Source of the DNA: Octopus bimaculoides
Lineage: Eukaryota
Direction of reading: 5' to 3'
Length of the DNA stretch: 64,000 nt
Assembly (NCBI RefSeq): GCF_001194135.2
Contig: NC_068983.1
Coordinates: 88,268,679 to 88,332,678, forward strand
In this document: positions 1-11,376 of the stretch, in pieces
How positions within the stretch are numbered: position 1 is the stretch's first letter
How the letters are laid out: every line of letters begins with the position of its first letter
Translations under genes and position numbers: made by a program
Notes under the pieces: model-generated
The model's input: only the letters and a program-made list of their open reading frames with translations
Databases searched by the model: none
What the model was told of the DNA's origin: nothing

Positions 1-19
1 TTAAATTAATATCAATGAC

Positions 20-175
20 ATTGGTACAAGGTCAGCAGTTTCGGGCAATAATATTCGTACTTATTTTATCCATCCCGAAAGGATGGAAGGCAAAGTCAAC
101 CCTGGTGGTATTTGAACTCGGAACGTAAAGTCAGAAAGAATGCCGCTAAGCATTTTGCCCGGGGCGGTAGCGTTT
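20..175 (-). mobile_element. tRNA-derived SINE (family A, Meta-domain-like core), partial
   Basis: Reverse complement matches the head and core of the well-preserved copy at 43537-43760 (cgagttcaaatacc B-box, gactttgccttccatcctttcggga core). Confidence 0.8.
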
Positions 176-571
176 GTAACGGCCCGATGCTTTTGATATA
201 CGAGAAATATCTGACGCAGGCCGAAAATGTTCCGTATCATTTAAGTTATCTCCCTTACATTAAAGACTGAAAGTACGGTTCAGTCGATTATGAGAATCTG
301 GAGGAAATCAATAATAGAACGTCGCGTTGGTGAAATCTTGATCGTTGGCTTCATTTCTGACAAATTAAAAAGTATGCGAATATATTATTGTGTGTATGAG
401 ACAAGAGAAAATTAAAACTGTATGAAAAGCATGTAGTGTTTCACCATCTTCATATACACGTGTGTTTACATACAGACATGCTGACATAAGTACCTATATA
501 TGTGTGTGTATGTGTATGTATGCATGTACACACACATACGCATGCATATATATATATATATTGCAAGACAA

Positions 572-779
572 TGTGTGAGAGAAATTGTGATGTAACAGGA
601 CAGAAATGTGTCTGCATGGATGATGGTGTCCTTGCTTTTAATGATTCTGAAAAGAAAGAGGCTTGGAGAAGCCATTATGAAAGGCTGCTGAATGTGGAGA
701 ATGAATGGGAGGAGGAGAGTTTGTCAAATGTTGATCCACTAGAGGGACCAGCTACCCAAATAGATAGCATCCTAGTAGA
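572..779 (+). mobile_element. Internal fragment of the RTE LINE family also seen at 52.9-57.7 kb (EN-RT linker)
   Basis: Translation CVCMDDGVLAFNDSEKKEAWRSHYERLLNVENEWEEESLSNVDPLEGPATQIDSILV is a paralogue of ORF 56227..56412(-). Confidence 0.85.
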
Positions 780-1249
780 GCTAAACAACAGCAGTATTCG
801 TCCTATTTTTTGAACTGCCATGTTGGCTTGGCAATAACTATTAACATCCAGTACTGCTGCCGTAGTCTCCTTTTGAGAGACTTAGAAATATTAATATTTC
901 TATTTTTGAAAACCAGTGAATGTATTCCACTTAATTTAGGTAAATAATCCTTCATACAGACGGGCAGTAGAGATGCCTGCTGGGTTCGGCTGCTCTACAT
1001 TGATAAGGGGCAACACCTTCAAACTGGTCTGTAGATGCCAGACCAGCATGGGGAAGTGACTGACCTCCACTGTTTGAAGGTTATAATGGACACAGGTTTA
1101 TGTGTCACATAGCTAGCTAGAGGTGATGGCCTCTTGGAGCTAATCAACGGCAGCATTCGTCCTATTTTTGGGACTGCCTTGTTGGCTTCGCGATAGCTAT
1201 TAATATCTAATACCACTGCTGTAGTCTCCTTTAGAGAGACTTAGAAATA

Positions 1250-1305
<56 letters not shown>

Positions 1306-1389
1306 CATACATATTTATACACATATATACATATATAACACACACACACACACATATCTATACATGTACACATACATATATATATGTTG

Positions 1390-1632
1390 TGCTTGGGAAC
1401 GAAGATCCATCAAGCCGAGTGATATCGTAATTGAGGCAGATATTGAAATCGTAGTTATGGCAACTGGCACGTAAAAGCACCCATTACACTCTTGGAGTGG
1501 TTGGCATTAGGAAGGGCATCAGCCATAGAAACCATGCCAAATCAGACGAGTATCTGGTGCAGCCCCTCAGCTTACCAGCCTTGATCAAACCGTCCAACTC
1601 ATGCCAGCATGGACAACTGACATTAAATAATG
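1390..1632 (+). mobile_element. RTE LINE 3' tail (5'-truncated)
   Basis: gtaaaagcacccattacactcttggagtggttggcattaggaagggcatc...ccatgccagcatgga...aatgatg matches the 3' ends at 55900-56215 and 13860-14038. Confidence 0.85.
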
Positions 1633-1685
1633 ATGTGTGTGTGTGTGTGTATGTATGATGATTGCAACACACACACCACACACCA

Positions 1686-4600
1686 TCACACAGCACAATC
1701 CCTCCATTGATGAGCCCGCAGATGACATTTAAGACCAGCTGCTGACTGACAGGGTTTAAAACACAAGTGGAAGATATTATTTAAGCTTCTTCTATATCTT
1801 TGCCCTTTGGAATCTGATTCTGAAGGAATGTTTTTGTGAACTAGCATATGTCTTTTAAATCCAGATATTGTCTTACAAGTTTTGTGACATATGACACAAG
1901 TTGTAAGAGGCGGTTGGTGTCCAAGATCATTATGTATCTGGGCATTTCGCTTTTCATGTGACTTGATATGGTTCACATATCCTGTTTTTGACAACAGAAC
2001 ATGATCACACATAATACATATCCAATGTTCACTGTTGATTTCAGTTCCATTCATTCCTTTGCGGAGTGCTGAATTATCTTTTCCTCTCAGGTGTTGCAAC
2101 CAATCCTAACAACACCTCTCCACATGTTCCGATCCAGAACATCAATTTCCCAATCACTTTTGTCCATATCTAGTTTCTTCAGGTTTTTCTTCACACAGTT
2201 TTTATACCTTATCCTTGGCTTATGTTGTGGTCACTTACCAGACTTGAGTTCACCATAAAAAAGATGCTTTGGCAATCGCTCATCTTTCATTCTAATAACA
2301 CATCCAGCCCATCTCATTTGAGTTAAGATAACGTTCAATTGAGCTACTATGTGCCATTTGCAAAACTTCTGTATCCAGTATGAAACATTCCCACTTGACT
2401 CCCAAAATACATCTGAGGCTCTTTTGATGAAATCTCTCCAGCATTTTCATATGACGCATATAAGTGGTCCATGTCTCACTCGAATAAAGAAGTGCCATCA
2501 ATACACACATTTTATAGATATTGATTTTCGCCAGCAGGAAAATACATCTATCTGCCCGTACTCGCTTTTCGAGCTTTCCAAATGCAACACTTCCCTCCCC
2601 TATTCAGTAGTTTATCTCTGCATCAAAGCCACCATCTCTTGACAGTATGCTTCCTAGGTAAATAAAAGTGTTAATGACTTCTAACCTTGTTCCATTCACA
2701 AAAATGTTTGGTTCAGAATGTGTTTGTCTTGGAGCAGGAGTAAATATTACTTTGCTTTTCCCAAGACTAATTGTGAGTCTAAAATGTACACATGCAGTGG
2801 AAAATCTGTCCATTAAATGTTGCATGCCTCCCTCTGAGTGTGCCATTAAATTAGCATCATCAGTGAAAAGTAATCCTTTTACAAGTGTTTTGAAAGTTTT
2901 TGCTTTGCAGTTAAACTGATTCAGATTAATAATGTGACCAGATGTCTGAAATCTGATTCTAATTCCCCTGTTGCAATCCTTGAAAGCTTACCAAAGCAAT
3001 GCAGCAAAATAAATAGAGAAAAGTGAAGGGGCAGGAATATCTCTCTGTTTGACACCATTGTCTACCAAAAATTCATGCGATAGCTCATTAAAGACTACCT
3101 GAGCTTTCATATTTCTGCATTGTTCCTTAAAGATGCTCACAAAATGTGTTGGGCAACCAAGTTTACACAAAACAATCCACAGTGCCTCCCTGTTTACCAT
3201 GTCAAATGCCTTAGTTAAAACTATGAAGACCTGGTAGAGTGGCATTTGTCCCTCTAAGCATTGTTCGTGAACCTGCCACACAGAAAATATCATGTGCATT
3301 GTTCCTTAGTCAGGTGTGAAACCACACTGTTCTTCGGGTATCACATATGGGCACATTCTCAACGAGACAATCTAACATGATCCTTGAAAGTATCTTTCCG
3401 GTATGTGCCAGGAGAGTTATCGCTCTAGAATTACCACACACTGCTTTTGTGCCCATACCCATGTATAAAGAGATTAGAATGCTATTTATCTATTCCTATG
3501 GTACATAAGATCCATTCCAAATTCGAGTTATCAGGCTGTGAATTTCAGATGAAATATGATCTCTACCTGTTTTCAGAATTTCAACTGGAATACCATCTAA
3601 TCCAAGAGCTTTACCTGATCTCAGTTTATATAATGCCAGATTTGCTTCTTCAATCGAAGGTGTATCATTCATGTGTTGTGCTATCTCTGTTTGTGGAATG
3701 TTGTTTATGATATACATGTTCACTACAGACAGATTGTAGAAAAGATCTGCAAAGTGTTCTCTCCATCTATTTATTATTCCCGGAAGATCTTTAATAACCT
3801 CATTTCCATCTTTTGACTTCAAGGGAACACATGATGAAGATTGGGATCCAAAAGCTTGCCATAATAAATTATAAAAACTTTTAATGTCTTCCCTAGCATA
3901 GGCCACCTGCACCTCCTCAGACAAATTTCTCCACCAAGTCTCTTTAAGCTTCCTGAGTTCCTTTTGCAAGTCTGCTTTCTGGGACTTGTACAACTTTTTT
4001 AGTTGCACTTTGTTCTTTACATTTGGGTCAAGAAGCTTTTCCTGAGTGGACCTCTTTGTTGCTAAAAGCTCATTTATTACCATATCATTTAAATTGAACC
4101 AATCTTGGTGCTGTCTCCTCTTAAAATTAACACCTCTGATCCCATTTTATATATTCCATCCTGAAAAGATTCCCATGAACCATCAAAATGAACATTGCTG
4201 CATCTCTTCTGAAATAACTACAAAACTTGTGGTTGTTTTAACTGCTCAACATCAATTCCTTTTGGTACTCATACACCTGCACCACAAATCTTCTTGTGGA
4301 CCCTGAACTTAAACTTAGCCCTCACCATTTTGTGATCGGTATCACAATCAGCACCTCACAATATCCTGAGACAGCACAAATTTTGTAAGTCAACTTTCTG
4401 AGTTAATACAAAGTCAATCAGTGACTTTGCTTTGATCTTGAGTGAATCCTGGTAACATTATACTTCGACTTATGACAAAAGAAAGTATTCCCAACAACTA
4501 TCTCTAGCTAAGAGTACATTTGTAGCAGATTCAACCCATTGTTGTTCATCTTTCCTATTCCATAATGCCCAAGTACATTTCAAGCATCATAGTCTCTACC

Positions 4601-5105
4601 TACATGTGCATTAAAGTCACCATACATCTCATTCAAAGGGACTGACAGAATAATTCTACTAAGCTCCTCATAAAATACATAGATGAAAGTACAAGAGCAT
4701 AGAGAAAACAGTTACAAAACGTCCACAAGAGAGGGGAATCCAGAGTTTCATTATGCATTTGTTTATGTTTTGAGATTATTCTAGATCCTTTAGCAAATCA
4801 CTTTTGCTTGCAAACCCAACACCACCTTCCTTTTTCTCTCACTTCAGCTTCCCAACCCAGAATGATATGAAACTTGCTGCTCTTTCGACAAGATGACCTT
4901 TGTTTGAACATCTTGTTTCAGAAAGAGCTGCAATATCGACATTAAGATGCCTTAGCTCCTTAGTTACTAGAGCTGTTCTTCATTCAGGCCTATCAGCTCA
5001 ATCTAAAAGAGTTCTCACATTCCAACAGGCCAGGTTAAGAGAAACCTTATTCCTTGCATACTTGTTATTATTGTTTATATCAATTCTTTGTTCATTCCTG
5101 CTAAA
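1686..5105 (-). mobile_element. Near full-length decayed RTE/BovB-type non-LTR retrotransposon (APE endonuclease + RT + C-terminal C2H2 fingers)
   Basis: Minus strand: ACWNVRTLLD*ADRPE*RTALVTKELRHLNVDIAALSETR and EGGVGFA (EN); KLRSGKALGLDGIPVEI; VLTKAFDMVNREALW; NGVKQRDIPAPSLFSIYF; FIYLGSILS; LLYSSETWT; three C-x2-C/H-x3-H fingers. Many stops and frameshifts. Confidence 0.93.
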
Positions 5106-5110
5106 TTGAA

Positions 5111-6235
5111 CTACCATTTTAGAATGCTGGCATTTCACACAGTGTGCCAAAGCGGTGATCATTTAGCGCATATTAGGCCAGAAAAACCAAACCATAATAA
5201 GCTTCACTGAGGCAGTGATGCCAGGATGTGACAGTGAATGCAGGGCATCGAAAACAGAACACTGGTGGGTCACAGGTACAAATGGTCTGGGAGAACCAGT
5301 AGCTGTGTCACAAAGGATTGTGCCTTCAGCAGATGGAAGTGAAAGATAGGAAAACTTGCAACAGGACAGCTTGGTGGAAGTTAGATCCAATGTGTCCAGA
5401 GCTGGCTGATCCTGAGCAATGGCAGTTAAATAAATTTCAGCAGGAGATGAAAGAGAACCCACAGGGAGACAAGACAGCACATCAGCAGGTACGTTCTCGA
5501 TTCCAGGTACATGCCGAATGTCACTCGTGAACTGGGAAATGTAGTCCAAGTGATGAAAAGCACGAGGCGATTGTCTGTCTGACATAGATGACAGAGTAAA
5601 TGTAAGAGGCTTGTGATCAGTATAAATCACAAAATTCTGGCATTTGAGTTGATGTTGAAAGTGACAAATTGACAGGTAGACCGCTAATAGTTCATGATCA
5701 AACGTACTGTAACAATGTTCAGGTGGATTTAATTAACGAGAAAAAAATGCCAAAGGTCGAGCTTGATTATTGATGGTATGTTGTAAAACAGCACCAACCG
5801 CAGAATCCAATGCATCAACTGTTAAAGAGAGATGAGCATCAGGAATTGGATGTACAAGCAAAGGAACAGAAGCTATTTCCTTCTTGATTGACTCAAAGAA
5901 AGATAATGCCTCGGCAGATAAAGTGATAGGAGAATTTTGGAGGAGAGAAGTCAGATACCATTAGAGTCAATATAATGACCTAGGAATTCCAGTATCGATG
6001 TGGCCAGTATCGATTGGACATTCAGCAGTAGACAAGAGAAAAACAATTTCTTAAGCACAGGTTTGTCCTCAAGTGGAGTGTCACTGAATTCTCGCAAACA
6101 GCAAAGAAACTCAGATGGTGTCCTATCTCCCAGATGTTCATCCTGCATCAGTGTCTGGAATTTACTCTCCGTAGATTGTGTGTTCCGACGGAGGGCCTCG
6201 TATTTGATCTTCTATCAAAATGTTAAATATCGTAA
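5111..6235 (-). mobile_element. Gypsy/Ty3 LTR retrotransposon internal deletion derivative (gag remnant fused to RT end, RNase H, integrase Zn finger)
   Basis: QDEHLGDRTPSEFL...NVQSILAT (gag) joined to LEFLGHYIDSNGI (RT end); VGAVLQH...RPLAFF, YSTFDHELLAVYL, IYTDHKPL, HLDYISQFTSDIRHVPG (RNase H); HSLSHPGI...FFWPNM...CVKCQ (HHCC). Confidence 0.9.
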
Positions 6236-6812
6236 ACAGTGGCTTGGTAAAAGGGAAAAAGCTCAACCACAACCGGGAAGGGAACTTCATGGGAAAAGGT
6301 TCTTTTCTCTATCTGGTGAGATTGCAAAGGAGTAATTCACTTTGAATTGTTACCACCTAATGCAACAATCAATGCTCAAGTCTACTGTCAGCAATTAGAG
6401 CATTTGAACCATNNNNNNNNNNNNNNNNNNNNNNNNNNNNNNNNNNNNNNNNNNNNNNNNNNNNNNNNNNNNNNNNNNNNNNNNNNNNNNNNNNNNNNNN
6501 NNNNNNNNNNNNNNNNNNNNNNNNNNNNNNNNNNNNNNNNNNNNNCCCAACCTTGCTCCTTCAAACTACTATTTTTTTCGTAGTTTACAGAATCATTTGG
6601 GGGACATAACTTTCACAAGCTAGGAGGAGGTCGAAACTGACATTTCAGAGTTCTTTGCTTTGAAACCAAAAGAGTTTTACATTGATGGGATTCAAAAGCT
6701 TGTAAATAGATGGAAGGAAGTCATAGATAATCAGGGAAAGTACATTGATGATTAAATTTCAATTAAATATAACATTTGATCACTTGTTTTTTTTTATTCA
6801 AAATTTGGACGT
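6235..6812 (+). mobile_element. mariner DD(34)D transposase, 3' half (spans an assembly gap)
   Basis: RKQWL...LHGK, WDCKGVIHFELLPPNATINAQVYCQQL; after the gap PNLAPSNYYFFRSLQNHL...IQKLVNRWKEVIDNQGKYIDD* (YSPDLAPSDY-type motif). Confidence 0.92.
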
Positions 6813-7358
6813 TGCCTCTGAATGGGCAAGTTTTTGATCTCTGCTGCACAGGATAGTAAAAACATAAACACTTCAAAAGAAAAAAACTTGACAACATGTT
6901 TGCTGGTTTAACATGGCTGAAAGGCAGCAGTGAAAAATTTGCTTTCCCTGTTTCTTGGTCACTGTTCTTACTATGACTGAAAGCAAGCAGTTAAAAATTT
7001 GCTTTCTGCTGACAACTTAACATGGCTGAAAGGCAAGCAGTAAAATATCTGCATTCTTTGTCTTTCTCTTTCTTGACTGCTCAATTTTTTTGTTTCCCTT
7101 CTCGAAAATAATAGAATACAAAGAAAATAACATTACTGTTCTTACTATGACTGAAAGCAAGCAAAAAATTTGCTTCCCTTTCCTATGTTTCTGTTGACAA
7201 CTTTGTACTAAGAAATGAAGGAGTGCGAAATAAAAGTAAATATAACTACAATGAAACTTGTGAAAATTATCAATAATCAATTATACATTACACAAAAATT
7301 ATTTATCATGGAAAAATAGTAAGGCATGCATTGCATACATAGACCTTTCGCTCCTGAT

Positions 7359-7404
<46 letters not shown>

Positions 7405-7513
7405 GTATGTATGTATGTATATACATGTATATGCATACATGTATATGCATGTACATATATGTATATGTGTATGCATGTATATATGTATGTGTGTGTGCAC
7501 GGATATGTATCTG

Positions 7514-7584
<71 letters not shown>

Positions 7585-7799
7585 NNNNNNNNNNNNNNNN
7601 NNNNNNNNNNNNNNNNNNNNNNNNNNNNNNNNNNNNNNNNNNNNNNNNNNNNNNNNNNNNNNNNNNNNNNNNNNNNNNNNNNNNNNNNNNNNNNNNNNNN
7701 NNNNNNNNNNNNNNNNNNNNNNNNNNNNNNNNNNNNNNNNNNNNNNNNNNNNNNNNNNNNNNNNNNNNNNNNNNNNNNNNNAAAAACTCAATTAAAATC

Positions 7800-8560
7800 A
7801 ATTTATAAAAAATTAAAATTAAATTGAGCTTTATAGATAAAATATATATAAAATATATAGTTTTAGGGAAAATAACCAATTTATTGTGCTTTTAATTATT
7901 AATTTTTCTATATGTGATAGTGGATTTTCATCGATGAGTTCTTGAAACTTGGTTATTTTCCCTAAAACTATATATTTTATATATATATATATATATACAT
8001 ATATATACATATATAAATTTTTATAACTATATTTATACCTTATAAATGAATATTTTATTTATCTTTCCTCAATCATCTCTGTTTTTACTTTATTTATTGT
8101 TCCAGTTTTATTTACTTTACTATATCCCTAAACGTATTCTAATCAAACTGTAAACCCTTCACCCAAGCATGTAATAATTCAAATCATAAACCGTAATATT
8201 TAATCTGCTGAAATGAATTGATAGGTCCACATATACCATCCCATCTCTGATGGAATTATACTCATGTCATATAAATGCAAATTTAATGCACAAATTGTTA
8301 ACTTCCTTATCTCCATTTTCTTTTCTTTTAACTGGATATATGTATATGTATATATATAGCCAGCCGCCATGATTGACCACTAAATCTACAAGTTTCTTTT
8401 ATTCTCTCTCTGTTTATTTCCTTATGTTCCTTTCTGTTGAAAAGCATAGGCTCGAAACATTAAAGACTTTCTCACTTTCCCGAGTATTGAACTAATACAC
8501 CTACTTGTTTATACACCTGTCTTTGTCTTTTGTTCTTCTGTAATTTTCAACTATATATAT
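7800..8560. mobile_element. Probable Penelope-type terminal (pLTR-like) sequence with inverted end and degenerate minimal hammerhead motif
   Basis: 38-bp perfect inverted repeat 7842-7879/7949-7986; ctgttga-aaagc-atag-gctc-gaaa-cat motif at 8434-8461; next to the Penelope ORF at 9.9-11 kb. Confidence 0.5.
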
Positions 8561-9119
8561 ATANNNNNNNNNNNNNNNNNNNNNNNNNNNNNNNNNNNNN
8601 NNNNNNNNNNNNNNNNNNNNNNNNNNNNNNNNNNNNNNNNNNNNNNNNNNNNNNNNNNNNNNNNNNNNNNNNNNNNNNNNNNNNNNNNNNNNNNNNNNNN
8701 NNNNNNNNNNNNNNNNNNNNNNNNNNNNNNNNNNNNNNNNNNNNNNNNNNNNNNNNNNNNNNNNNNNNNNNNNNNNNNNNNNNNNNNNNNNNNNNNNNNN
8801 NNNNNNNNNNNNNNNNNNNNNNNNNNNNNNNNNNNNNNNNNNNNNNNNNNNNNNNNNNNNNNNNNNNNNNNNNNNNNNNNNNNNNNNNNNNNNNNNNNNN
8901 NNNNNNNNNNNNNNNNNNNNNNNNNNNNNNNNNNNNNNNNNNNNNNNNNNNNNNNNNNNNNNNNNNNNNNNNNNNNNNNNNNNNNNNNNNNNNNNNNNNN
9001 NNNNNNNNNNNNNNNNNNNNNNNNNNNNNNNNNNNNNNNNNNNNNNNNNNNNNNNNNNNNNNNNNNNNNNNNNNNNNNNNNNNNNNNNNNNNNNNNNNNN
9101 NNNNNNNNNNNNNNNNNAA

Positions 9120-10985
9120 AATAAAGTAATCTATTATTATATCCATAGGCGGATATTTTTAGTATGAAGTGGTAAAGAGTGTGATGTGCTGAAAAAAGAG
9201 AGAACAATACTTGAAGTGTAGTTTCATTCCAGTGGTAAATATCCGTGTAGAAATTCGTGCAAAGTAATCCTTGTGTGAATAATCCGGAAATTTATGTTGG
9301 AACGAGAGTTGATATAGCATAGATAGCAGAGGTATATATATTCCATATTGCGATAGAATTTTGCTTGTTTACTTGAAGAATGTCCAAGTCAAGTGAAAAG
9401 TTAGCGGTAATTAGGTCAAGTCAAGAAGATAGAATGTGAAAGGGGATAGAGGGGATATAGAGGCGGAGAAAGATAATGATATATTTATGGTCAGTTGGTC
9501 TTAACAGGGTAGAGGGGTTGAGCATATAGAGAGAAGGAGGAATAGGGGGATGAGGTTAAAAGGTCTAGTGAGTAGGAAGGAATGCGTGTGTGTAGTATAT
9601 AGGTGGTGGGGGTATGGGTGATAAACCAAGGACAGAGATAAAGGAGAGGGATGGGTGGGAAAGGTAGTTAGTAGTATCATATTTTAGGATGCTGCCAAGC
9701 CTATTTATAGACGGTGGAAAGATATTGAAAGAGGTGACGTAGTCTGTTTGTGTAGGTGGTGTTCTTGTGAAATTGAGAATATGAGAAATAGATTTGTTGG
9801 TACATGTGTGGTGAGATGATCGAAAGGAAATAACCCTATTCAAAAGGATGGTGAAAGATGGATGTTTTTGCCAGGTTGAATAGGTTGCCTGTGGGGGGTT
9901 GTGTTATTATGTTGCGTGATCATTTGTGCAATTTTGCTTGTGTTAGAACCTGAATGTGTGGAAAGACCGGTGGTTGCAGTTGCTAAACGCTTCATTATAT
10001 CGATTAAGTAGAGTGGGAGAATTGTATTTTAAAATATGGAACGCCTCCGTTAAGCATAGCTTGCAATTGGAGCGCTGACCCTGGTATGGAGTTCCAGAGT
10101 CTAATATGGACCATTTAAAGGTGTATTGGGTATTTTTGTTTTTGAGGTGATGAATATGATTAGCTAATGTTGTAGATTTACTGTGTTTGTCGTATCTAAA
10201 AGAGTGCATGTGGGCTGCGTAGCGATGTTTAAAGTTTATAGTTGCACCAATGTACGTGGCAGTAGAGTTATGTAATAGATTTTTGACGGTGCATTTATAT
10301 ATTACATTGTATCTTGCGCAATGTGTTTGAAGCAGACAGATAGTCCCGGAGCGACAGTTACAAGTGTAGGAGGCTAGAGGGTTGCGTATGCTTGTGGTTG
10401 AGTTATTATTATTGGAGGATATGTTATTAGGGGCTGTGTAGGAAACTAGATTAGTGGAATTATTGTTATGGCTATTAGTCCTATCAGTGTTATTATTGGT
10501 ATTGCTATTATCTAGAATATTAATGGGTTGGGATCCATTGTGGTTTTGTTCCAGTGTACGAGCGTTAGTGTTAGAAGAACGTATATTGATGTCCGTGTTG
10601 GGTGTATGTGTGGGTCGGGTGCTGGTGTTAGCATAGCTACGGTTGCTTAGGTTTTGGTAATAGAGCGAGAGTTTATGTTTGTTAGAAGCTGCTATAATAG
10701 ATTCAAAGTTAGGCTGTGGTACACCTCCCATTCTCTCTTAACACTAGGAACCTAGCCAAATCTTTCTTTAAAATACTAGATTCTAACTTCCCACGACAAC
10801 ACAAATACCACTCTATATTCTACAGATCCACTTTAAAATTATCGTATTCTACCACTCCTAACTTTGAATCTATTATAGCAGCTTCTAACAAACATAAACT
10901 CTCGCTCTATTACCAAAACCTAAGCAACCGTAGCTATGCTAACACCAGCACCCGACCCACACATACACCCAACACGGACATATAA
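9120..10985 (-). mobile_element. Penelope-like element: GIY-YIG endonuclease ORF and 3' region, with an inverted 5' segment
   Basis: ORF 9943..10731(-): CNCR...VIYKCTV...TYIGAT...FKHRYAAHMHSF...LANHIHHLK...WSIL...CKLCLTEAFHIL...LLNRYNEAFSNCNH. ORF 10716..10985(+): PFSLNTRNLAKSFFKILDSNFP...KLSYSTTPN, the RT-to-EN linker of Penelope. Confidence 0.92.
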
Positions 10986-11342
10986 ATTTGTGTGTTGGAT
11001 GGTATCATATTTTAGCACCCCTGTTTGGCAATTTGACAAAAAATATGACTCTATCTAAATACAATATCATATGTTTCAACACAAGATTTTAAATAAAGTA
11101 TCTTTCTAAATATAGTGAAGACAACAGTATCTGTACGTGAGTGTATGTGTGTTTGTATGTGTGTGTGTGTGTTTCTGTGTGTCTGTTTGCCTGCCTGTCT
11201 GTCTGTCTGTCTGTCTGTATGTATGTATGTATGTGTGAATGTATGTATGTTTGTGTTTTTGTGTGGTATCTGATTTTTATTACAATTGTTGTACCAAATT
11301 TAGCAAAATTTTTAATGAATCAATGATGTAGTCATATACATG

Positions 11343-11376
<34 letters not shown>

